Below, one piece after another: positions 21,523-29,817 of a DNA stretch of 64,000 nucleotides. Positions within the stretch are counted from its first letter, which is position 1; the number at the start of each line of letters is the position of its first letter. Source of the DNA: an uncultured Chloroflexia bacterium (GTDB taxonomy: Bacteria; Chloroflexota; Limnocylindria; Limnocylindrales; CSP1-4); the NCBI GenBank assembly GCA_963833225.1, contig CAWHXD010000006.1, positions 32,001-96,000 of the forward strand, read 5' to 3'. Made by a program: the position numbers and the translations under genes. The notes beneath the pieces are model-generated. The model was not told where the DNA came from, did no database searches, and saw only the letters and a program-made list of their open reading frames with translations.

Positions 21523-22767
21523 GTGACCACCTTTGGCGAGCCCATCGGCCAGCACGCGTCGGCGGACGACCCACGGATCATGCTGGACAACCAGATCGGG
21601 GCGTTCGAGCAGGTCCCGCCCTACCCGCCGCGCACCGAGCGCGAGGCCGAGTTCTACTCGCTCCGCGACGGCGAGATGTTCGTCAACATGGGCCCCCAGC
21701 ACCCGTCGACCCACGGCGTGCTCCGCGTCGTGCTCAAGATCAACGGCGAGCAGGTGGTGGACCTGGACCCGGTGCTGGGCTATCTCCACCGGGGCGTGGA
21801 GAAGCTGTGCGAGAACAGCGACTACCACCACATCATCAGCCAGGTCGACCCCCTCGAGTACGTGAGCTCGCTGTTCAACGAGTGGGCGCCAGTGATGGCG
21901 TTCGAGAAGCTGCTCGACGTGGAGGTCCCGCGGCGGGCCGAGTACATCCGCGTGCTCACGGGCGAGCTCCTCCGGGTCAGCAGCCACGCCCTGTTCCAGG
22001 GCTGGATGGCGCTCGACCTCGGCGGCCTCACGCCGATCCTGTACAGCTTCATCGAGCGCGACGAGATCGTGGAGATGCTGGCGGCGATCACCGGCCAGCG
22101 GATGCTGTTCAACTACTTCCGGATCGGCGGCGTGAACGGCGACCTCAACCACGAGTTCATGTCCCGCCTCGGTGACTGGATGAGCCGGGCCGCCGTGCAG
22201 CACGAGGCGAACATCGGGCTGCTCAACGAGAACGAGATCTTCGTCCGGCGCATGCGCGGCATCGGCCGGGTGGACGGCGACACCGCGCTGCGGATGGTCG
22301 TCACCGGACCCAACCTGCGCGCCTCCGGCGTGCCATACGACGTCCGCCGCGCGCATCCGTACAGCGTGTACCCGGAGCTGGACTTCGACATTCCGGTCCG
22401 GGGCACCGGCCCCGAGGGCGGCGATTCGCTGGACCGCTACCTGCTCCGGCTCGACGAGGTCAAGCAGAGCCTGCGGATCATCGACCAGTGCCTCCACAAC
22501 ATGCCCGACGGGCCGATCATGGCCCGCCTGCCGCGCCTGCTCCGCCCTCGACCGGGTCGCGCCTGGGCGGCCGTCGAGGCTCCGCGTGGCCTGTACGGCA
22601 CCTACGCGATCAGTGACGGCACGGACCAGCCGTTCCGGATGAAGATCCACGACCCGTCGTTCGTCAACCTGCAGCTCGTCGGGATGCTCATGAAGGGCAA
22701 CCTGCTCGCGGACACGATGGCCGTGATGGCGAGCCTGGACCCGGTCATGGGCGGGATCGACAAGTGA
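21523..22767 (+). CDS. nuoD: Complex I subunit D
   Basis: NMGPQHPSTHGVLR, GYLHRGVEK, YFRIGGV, EAPRG, SLDPVMGGIDK; no NiFe CxxC ligands. Confidence 0.95.
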   Translation: MTTFGEPIGQHASADDPRIMLDNQIGAFEQVPPYPPRTEREAEFYSLRDGEMFVNMGPQHPSTHGVLRVVLKINGEQVVDLDPVLGYLHRGVEKLCENSDYHHIISQVDPLEYVSSLFNEWAPVMAFEKLLDVEVPRRAEYIRVLTGELLRVSSHALFQGWMALDLGGLTPILYSFIERDEIVEMLAAITGQRMLFNYFRIGGVNGDLNHEFMSRLGDWMSRAAVQHEANIGLLNENEIFVRRMRGIGRVDGDTALRMVVTGPNLRASGVPYDVRRAHPYSVYPELDFDIPVRGTGPEGGDSLDRYLLRLDEVKQSLRIIDQCLHNMPDGPIMARLPRLLRPRPGRAWAAVEAPRGLYGTYAISDGTDQPFRMKIHDPSFVNLQLVGMLMKGNLLADTMAVMASLDPVMGGIDK

Positions 22768-24197
22768 CCGCGCTCAACCGCTCGCTGGGCAGCCTGACGA
22801 CCGTCGGCAAGGTCGTCATCCCGCTGCTGCTGCTGGTGTTCGTGGTCGGGCCGATCCTGACCGTGCTCGGCGCGATCTACGTGCTGCCGGTCGTGGTCGA
22901 CATCGTGGGCTCGAACCTGGGCATCGTCCGGTTCGTGGTCGCGATCACGGCGATCCTGCTGTTCAGCATCCCGGCCGCGTTCATCATCATCTACATGGAG
23001 CTGAAGGTCATCGCCTTCATGAACCTCCGCGTCGGCCCGGACCGGGTTGGCCCCAAGGGTGCCGCCCATTCGCTGGTCGCGGGCCTCAAGGTGCTGACCA
23101 AGGAGGACTTCAGCCCGGCCAACGCGGACCGCCTGGTGTTCACCTGGGCGCCCGTGATCGTGTTCCTGACCGCGGTGATGACGTTCATGGTCATCCCGTT
23201 CGGACCGGGGCTCGTGAACCCCGAGACGGGCCGCATGGAGGGCCTGGTCGGCCAGGACTTCAACATCGGGCTGCTGTACCTGTTCGCGGTGGGCGGCATG
23301 ACCGTGATCGGCCTGCTGCTCGCCGGCTGGTCCAGCTTCAACAAGTACTCGCTCCTCGGGGGCCTCCGCTCGGCGGCGCAGGCGGTCTCGTACGAGATCC
23401 CGCTCACGCTGTCCGTGGTCGGGCTGATCCTGCTGGCGGGCACGATGAGCGTCACCGGGATCGCCCAGCAGCAGGGAGGCTGGTTCGCCAACTGGTTCGT
23501 CTTCCGGCAGCCGCTGGGTGCGCTGATCTTCTTCATCGCCGCCACCGCTGAGGCGAACCGGACCCCGTTCGACCTGACCGAGGCGGACTCCGAGATCGTC
23601 GCCGGGTTCGCGACCGAGTACTCCGGGATGCGCTTCGGCTTCCTGTTCTTCGCCGAGTACGTGAACGTGTTCATCGTCTCGGCCCTGATCGTGACCCTGT
23701 TCTTCGGGTCGTGGAACGCCCCGGTGGACCTCAACTCGCTGCTCGCCTGGATCAACCCGTCACTGCAGAGCTGGTTCGGCTTCACGCTGCTGCCACCCAC
23801 GGTGGCCCTCGACCCGGGCAGCCTGGGGATGGGCCTGCTGCTGCTGGCCCTGGCCGCCCCGGTGGTCCTGACGCTGGTGTTCGCCGTGCCGTTCTACCTG
23901 CTTCGCACCTCGCGGCCCGGGTGGCAGGCGCTGCTGTTCGGGTTCGTCCTGTTCAACGTCGTCGCCGGCGGGGCGGCGTTCACCCTGGCCTGGATCGGCT
24001 GGGACTGGGTCGCCGGCCTGGTGTGGTTCATGATCAAGTCGTTCATCTTCGTGTTCGTGTTCGTGTGGATGCGCGGCACGTTCCCGCGAGTCAGGATCGA
24101 TCACCTGATGGGCTTTGCGTGGAAGTGGCTGCTGCCGGCCGCGCTCCTCAACCTGTTCCTGACCGCCGCGGCGATCGTCGTGGTGAAGAGCCTGTGA
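22764..24197 (+). CDS. nuoH: Complex I subunit H, extended (477 aa)
   Basis: RVGPDRVG, KVLTKED, NKYSLLGGLRSAAQ.VSYE, AEANRTPFDL.EA.SEIVAG..TEYSG, RGTFPRVR.D. Confidence 0.93.
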   Translation: MTALNRSLGSLTTVGKVVIPLLLLVFVVGPILTVLGAIYVLPVVVDIVGSNLGIVRFVVAITAILLFSIPAAFIIIYMELKVIAFMNLRVGPDRVGPKGAAHSLVAGLKVLTKEDFSPANADRLVFTWAPVIVFLTAVMTFMVIPFGPGLVNPETGRMEGLVGQDFNIGLLYLFAVGGMTVIGLLLAGWSSFNKYSLLGGLRSAAQAVSYEIPLTLSVVGLILLAGTMSVTGIAQQQGGWFANWFVFRQPLGALIFFIAATAEANRTPFDLTEADSEIVAGFATEYSGMRFGFLFFAEYVNVFIVSALIVTLFFGSWNAPVDLNSLLAWINPSLQSWFGFTLLPPTVALDPGSLGMGLLLLALAAPVVLTLVFAVPFYLLRTSRPGWQALLFGFVLFNVVAGGAAFTLAWIGWDWVAGLVWFMIKSFIFVFVFVWMRGTFPRVRIDHLMGFAWKWLLPAALLNLFLTAAAIVVVKSL

Positions 24198-24204
24198 GCA
24201 TTCG

Positions 24205-24864
24205 ATGACAGCCATCCCCGGCATGGGCCTCGTGCGCGGCATGGGACTGACCCTGCGGCGGTTCTTTGCCCCCAAGGCCACCATCAAGTGGCCCGAGCAG
24301 CACGCCGATGTCGCCCCCAAGTTCCGCGGCCGGCTGCAGCTGCTCTACGACGAGCACGGCACGCTCAAGTGCGAGACGTGCTTCCAGTGCGCGCAGGCCT
24401 GCCCCATCGAGTGCATCGACATGGGCGGGGTGGACACCAAGGGCCGGTTCCACGTCCACTGGGGCCCCCCCGAGACCTACGGCGAGCGCCGCGAGGAGTC
24501 CGCGATCCGCCGCTCCGGGCGCCCGGTGGCCGACACGGCGTACGAGCGCTTCGAGGGCATCGACCTCCAGCCGCTGGACGTGATCCTGGAGGCACACGAC
24601 TACGACCCCAGGGCGATGCTGGCGATCCTGGAGGAGACCCAGGCCGAGTACGGCTACCTGCCCGTCGCCGCCCTCAAGCACATCTCCCGGGTCACGGGCG
24701 CGTGGTACGCGATGATTTACGGGACCGCGACCTACTACCGACACCTGCGGTTCGAGCCGCCCGCGGTGGAGGCGCCCGCCGCCGGCACCGCACAGGTCGC
24801 CGCCGAGGCCGCCTTCCGCTCCGCGCTCGACGCCTCCCTTGGCTACGGGGGGCACGCGAACTAG
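24205..24864 (+). CDS. Fusion of NuoI N-terminal half (one CxxCxxCxxxCP) and NuoE N-terminal helical domain
   Basis: G..LTLRRFF...ATIKWPE......KFRGRL.L......KCETCFQCAQACPIECI, then MLAILEETQAEYGYLP..AL..IS......IYGTATYY..LR; no 2Fe-2S cysteines. Confidence 0.85.
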   Translation: MTAIPGMGLVRGMGLTLRRFFAPKATIKWPEQHADVAPKFRGRLQLLYDEHGTLKCETCFQCAQACPIECIDMGGVDTKGRFHVHWGPPETYGERREESAIRRSGRPVADTAYERFEGIDLQPLDVILEAHDYDPRAMLAILEETQAEYGYLPVAALKHISRVTGAWYAMIYGTATYYRHLRFEPPAVEAPAAGTAQVAAEAAFRSALDASLGYGGHAN

Positions 24865-24865
24865 G

Positions 24866-26206
24866 ATGACCGACTTCCTCACGACTCCCGCGGGCTGGCC
24901 GAGCGTCCTCCTGGCACGCGCGGCGCAGCTGGCCGCGGATCCGATGGACCTCGACGCCGCGGTGCGAGCCGGCGCGTTCGAGGGCCTCCGGAAGGCCGTG
25001 CGCGATCTGGGTGGAACCGGCACCATCGCGACGCTCGCCGCCGCCGGGCTCCGGGGTCACGGCGGCGCCGGCTTCCCCACCGCCGAGAAGTGGCGTGCGG
25101 CCGCCGGGCAGCCCGCGGCCCAGCGCTACGTCATCGCCAACGGCTACGGGGCGGATCCCGCCGTTCACACCGACCAGGCGCTGCTCGCCGCGGACCCGTG
25201 GAGCGTCATCGAGGGCCTCGCGATCGCCGCCTTCTCGATCGGCGCGACGGAGGCGATCCTCGCGGTCCGTGCCGACGATCCGTCGCTCGTGACGATGCTC
25301 GAGGGGGCTGTCCTCGCGGCCGAGGAGGCGGGCTTCCTGGGCGAGGATGCCGCGGGCTCCGGCCACCCGATCAGGATGACCGTGCGGCCCGTCCAGGGTG
25401 CCTACATGCTGGGCGAGGAGACGGTCCTGATCAAGGCGCTCGAGGGCAGGCGCGGCCAGCCGGACCAGCGGCCGCCGTACCCCACCGAGAAGGGCCTGTT
25501 CGACAAGCCGACTGTCGTCAACAACGTCGGGACGCTGGCCGCGGTCCCGTGGATCGTGGTCAACGGCGGCGAGGCGTACGCGGCCATCGGGTCGGCATCC
25601 AACGCCGGCACCGCGCTCGTCCAGCTCCGCGGCCCGGCCGGCGCGGGCATCGCCGAGATCCCGTTCGGGACTCCGCTCCGTGCCCTCGTTGATCTCGTCG
25701 GGGGCGCCGGCAAACGGACGCTCAAGGCGATCCTCGTGGGTGGACCGACGGGGGGCCTCCTGCCAGCCGACCTCCTGGACACGCCCTACGAGTTCGACGC
25801 GCTGCGGGAGGCCGGCGCCCACGTTGGCTCCGGGTCCGTGGTCATCGCCGACGACCGGGCCTGCATCGTGGACCTCGCCCGGCTGCTCACGCAGTTCTCC
25901 GCCGACGCCGCCTGCGGCAAGTCCATCCCGTGCCGCATCGGCCTGCGCCGCCTGTACGAGATCGGCGACCGGATGACGAGCGGCGTGGCCAGGCCCACCG
26001 ACCCGGCGCTCCTGGTGGACCTCGCCCACGACATCACCGCGTCCGCCCTGTGCGACCACGAGCGCCTGGCCACCCGGCCGTTCGCCAGCGCGATGCGATA
26101 CTTCCGTCCCGAGCTCGATGACCACCTCCTTCGCTCCATCTGCCCGGCCGGCGTGTGCACGCCGATCGCGGTGGGTGCCGGTGCGACCGCAGCAGGATCC
26201 CGCTGA
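24866..26206 (+). CDS. NuoF/HydB-like flavoprotein subunit, divergent
   Basis: GLRGHGGAGFPTAEKW, GAYMLGEET.LI.ALEG.RGQP...PPYP, PTVVNNV.TL, GGPTGG, CGKSIPCRIG, H....CPAGVC. Confidence 0.88.
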   Translation: MTDFLTTPAGWPSVLLARAAQLAADPMDLDAAVRAGAFEGLRKAVRDLGGTGTIATLAAAGLRGHGGAGFPTAEKWRAAAGQPAAQRYVIANGYGADPAVHTDQALLAADPWSVIEGLAIAAFSIGATEAILAVRADDPSLVTMLEGAVLAAEEAGFLGEDAAGSGHPIRMTVRPVQGAYMLGEETVLIKALEGRRGQPDQRPPYPTEKGLFDKPTVVNNVGTLAAVPWIVVNGGEAYAAIGSASNAGTALVQLRGPAGAGIAEIPFGTPLRALVDLVGGAGKRTLKAILVGGPTGGLLPADLLDTPYEFDALREAGAHVGSGSVVIADDRACIVDLARLLTQFSADAACGKSIPCRIGLRRLYEIGDRMTSGVARPTDPALLVDLAHDITASALCDHERLATRPFASAMRYFRPELDDHLLRSICPAGVCTPIAVGAGATAAGSR

Positions 26207-28917
26207 TGGCCGACCTCATCATCCGCCCCGAGGACGCCGAGACCCCGGACAGCGCGCCCGTGCCCGAGAACAGCCCGGCCGCCTACGAGCGCCTTCGCGA
26301 GGTCCGCCCGGACGCAAAGCTGCCCGCCGGCTGGGACACGATCACGCCTCGCGAGGACACCCTCGCCGAGCGCCTGATCACGACCCAGAGCCCGCAGCGG
26401 CCGCAGAGCACGCCGCGGATCCGGCTGGAGGTCGACGGCCGCGTCGTCGAGGGCTTCGAGGGCCAGACGATCCTCGAGGTCTGTCGCGACAACGGGATCG
26501 AGATCCCCACCCTGTGCTACGAGCCCAAGCTCCCGGGCTTCGGTGCCTGCCGGATGTGCGTGGTCGAGGTGGAGGGCGAGGAGCAGCCGCCGATCTCCTG
26601 CTCCCGCGTCGCCGAGCCGGAGATGAAGGTCCAGACGCAGACCGACGAGCTGCGCCGGCTCCGGAAGACCAGCCTCGAGCTGATCTTCTCGGACCACAAC
26701 GCCTACTGCCTGCCGCCATGCCAGAACAAGTGCCCCAGCCACATCGACATCCCGGGCTTCCTCAAGGCCAACGCCGAGGCCAGCTGGACGGAGTCGGTGC
26801 GGATCTTCAAGCGCACGATCCCGTTCCCCAGCGTGCTCGGCCGCGTCTGCCCCGCCCCGTGCGAGGAGCACTGCCGGCGGGACGAGGTGGACGAGGCGAT
26901 CGCCATCCGCGACAGCCACCGCTACGCGGGCGACCAGGTCATCAAGGCGATGCTCGACGATGGCGTCGATCCGCCGCTGCCGTTCGAGAAGCAGGCTCCG
27001 TCCGGCCGCCGCGCCGCCGTGATCGGGTCCGGCCCGGCCGGCATGAGCGCCGCGTACTACCTGCTGCTCGCCGGCCACGACGTGACCGTGTTCGAGCGCG
27101 ACCCGGCCCCGGGCGGCATGCTCCGCTACGGCATCCCGCAGTACCGCCTGCCCAAGGTCGAGGTCCTCGAGGCGGAGTACGAGTCCGTCACCCGGCTCGG
27201 CGGCAAGATGCGCTGCAACATGGAGCTGGGCAAGGACTTCACGCTCGACGACCTCCAGCACCAGGGGTTCGACAGCGTCGTCATCGCCATCGGCTGCTAC
27301 GACACCAACAAGCTGGGCATCCCCGGACGAGGACGCCGACGGCGTCATCGACGGCCTGGAGTACCTGCGCACGGCCACGCTGGGCCTGCCGTACCCGGGC
27401 CACGAGGGCACCCGGGTGGTCGTCGTGGGCGGCGGCTTCACCGCGATGGACTGCGTCCGCACCTCGGTCCGCCAGGGCGCAGGCGAGGTCACGCTCGTCT
27501 ACCGCCGCGACATGAAGGACATGCCGGCGGCCTCGGAGGTTCACGAGGCGATCGAGGAGGGCGTCACCGCCATCTTCCAGGCCGGGCCGACGCGCGTCAT
27601 CAAGGACGAGGAGACCGGCAAGACCACGGGCGTCGAGTTCATCCGGATGAAGCTCGGCGAGCCCGACGCGTCCGGCCGGCGCCGCCCCGAGCCGGCGGCC
27701 GGCACCGAGTTCACGATCCCCTGCGACCGCGTCCTGCTGGCCATCGGCCAGGGACCGGACCTGCGCCTGGTTCGGCCCCGGCAACGAGGGCCTGAGCGCC
27801 ACCCGGAACCGCCGGCTCCAGGCCGATGCGGTCACGTTCGAGACCGGCCGCCCGGGCGTGTTCGCGACCGGCGACGTCCGGATCGGCGCCGCGACCGTGG
27901 TCCAGGCCATCGCGGAGGGACGGCGGGCCGCCTACGCCGTGGATGCCTACCTGAAAGGCAACGACCTGTCGGCGATCCGGACCCGCCAGACCCTCGCCGA
28001 GCCGCAGCCGGAGTTCCTCTCCATCGTGCCGTTCACGGGCGAGATCAAGGAGCCCCGCTACCGGCTGAAGGCGCTGGAGGCGGAGGAGCGCAACCACAGC
28101 TACACCGAGTACGAGATCCCGTACACCCGCGACGAGGCCGTCGCGGAGTCCACCCGCTGCCTCCAGTGCACCTGCGAGGCGATCGGGTTCTGCGACCTGC
28201 GCCGGCTGGGGATCGAGTACGGGACGACGCTCAAGACCCTGGAGAAGACCTTCCACCAGGGGGCCGGGTACCGCTCGGTGACCGAGAACCGGTTCACCGG
28301 CGTCAACCACGACTACGTCCGGGACGACTCGCACGCGTTCATCCTGCGCGAGCCCTCCCGGTGCATCGACTGCGGCCGCTGCGCCAACGTCTGCGCGGAG
28401 GTCGTGGGTGCCGCCTGCTACGACTTCATGCGGATCGGCTTCGACACCCTGGTGACGACGCCGCTCGACATGAGCCTCAACGACACGCCCTGCGTGTCCT
28501 GCGGCCGCTGCGCGGAGACGTGCCCCACGGGCGCGCTGATGCCCAAGCCGCGCGTCCTCCAGAAGTACGAGGTCGACGAGAGCCGCTGCATCCTGTGCGG
28601 CATCTGCGTCGACGCCTGCCCCTATGACGCCGTCCGCGACAGCGACCAGTTCGAGCTCAGCCACACGTCCCGCGAGGAGCCAGAAATCGACCTCCTCGCG
28701 CTGGCCTCGATCGAGCGCGAGACGGAGATGAGCTACATCCGCCGCGAGCGGGACTGGGCGGAGCGTGCACGGGCCGAGGGCCGGATCCTCGACGATGCCC
28801 GGCTGCTCCCCGTCCTTCCCGCCTCGCTCGCGGGCGGACGCGGGGAATGGGAACGGGAACGGGAACGGCGCCCGGCTGGGTGCCGGGAACGGGGCCGGCC
28901 ACGCCAACGACGGCTGA
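26206..28917 (+). CDS. NuoG-like Fe-S protein with inserted GltD/NfnB-type FAD/NAD(P)H module and C-terminal NuoI-like half (frameshifted in this sequence)
   Basis: Joined from ORFs 26155-27795, 27416-28627 and 27858-28973: IPTLC...GACRMC...SC (2Fe-2S), PPCQNKCP, GRVCPAPCE..C, GSGPAG, GGGFTAMD..YRR, FATGD, RCLQC.C, three CxxCxxCxxxC motifs; indels near 27325, 27765 and 28832. Confidence 0.85.
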
Positions 28918-28926
28918 GAGGGACGC

Positions 28927-29473
28927 GTGACGCTGCCAGAGACGATCCCGCTGCTCGGGCTCGGATGGAATGACCTGCTGTTCCTGACCTTCGCGGGCAT
29001 CATGGTCGGGTCGGCGCTGCTGGTCGTCCTGATGCGGGACATCATCCGCTGCGGCCTGGCCATGATCATCTGCTTCGCCGCGCTGGCCGGGCTGTACGTG
29101 TTCGCCGGTGCCACGGTCGTCGCCGCGGCCCAGGTGCTGGTCTACATCGGCGCGATCAGCGTGCTCGTCCTGTTCGCGATCATGCTGACCCAGACCAAGT
29201 CCGGCCCCGCCTCGCTGGTGTTCCAGACCCAGGCCTTCCCGGCAGCGATCGCGGCCGCGGTGCTCGCGATGCTGATCGCGGTCGTGGTCGCGGCGACCGA
29301 CTGGCCGGGCTGGCCATCGCTCGGCAGGCTGGTCGAGAGCTCCGCCGCGGACGTGGCCAACAGGCTGTTCGCCAAGTTCATGCTCCCGTTCGAGGTGGTC
29401 AGCGTCCTGCTCCTCGCGGCGGTCATCGGCGGGGTGTTCATCGCCAAGCGCGAGCGGGGAGGTGAGCGACTGA
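28927..29473 (+). CDS. nuoJ: Complex I subunit J
   Basis: AAAQVLVYIGAISVLVLFAIML, LPFEVVSVLLL.A.IG; read in frame with nuoK here, probably because of an indel. Confidence 0.88.
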
Positions 29474-29805
29474 TGCTCGCCTTCCTCGACAACATCTCCG
29501 CGAGCCTCGACGCGTACCTCGTCCTGTCGGGCCTGCTGTTCGCGATCGGGTCGTTCGGGTTCCTCGCCCGCCGGAACGCGATCTCGATGCTGATGTCCAT
29601 CGAGCTCATGCTCAACGCGGTCAACCTCGCGGTCATCTCGTTCGGCGCGTTCACCCTCAAGCTCAACGTGGACGCATCCGTCATCGCGCTCATCGTCATG
29701 GCGTCCGCGGCCGCGGAGGCGACGGTTGGCCTGGCGCTCGTGATCGCGATCTTCCGCAACAAGAAGACGCCGCTCGTCGACGAGTACGACGCGATGAGCC
29801 AGTAG
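29473..29805 (+). CDS. nuoK: Complex I subunit K
   Basis: RRNAI.MLMSIELMLNAVNL, AAAEA.VGLALVI; own GGAGGTGA RBS and TGATG junction. Confidence 0.9.
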   Translation: MLAFLDNISASLDAYLVLSGLLFAIGSFGFLARRNAISMLMSIELMLNAVNLAVISFGAFTLKLNVDASVIALIVMASAAAEATVGLALVIAIFRNKKTPLVDEYDAMSQ

Positions 29806-29817
29806 GCGGGGATCGAG

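Noticed and set aside
21523-22767. Group 4 [NiFe]-hydrogenase large subunit
   Set aside because: No N- or C-terminal CxxC nickel ligands; NuoD quinone-site His motif and tandem-Cys NuoB are present
28843-28870. GGGAAC tandem repeat as a DNA element
   Set aside because: Explained as a GNGNGNG low-complexity tail of the NuoG-GltD protein
28927-29805. Genuine NuoJ-NuoK fusion
   Set aside because: An internal GGAGGTGA RBS and a TGATG stop/start junction at 29471-29475 suggest two genes joined by an indel in an error-rich region
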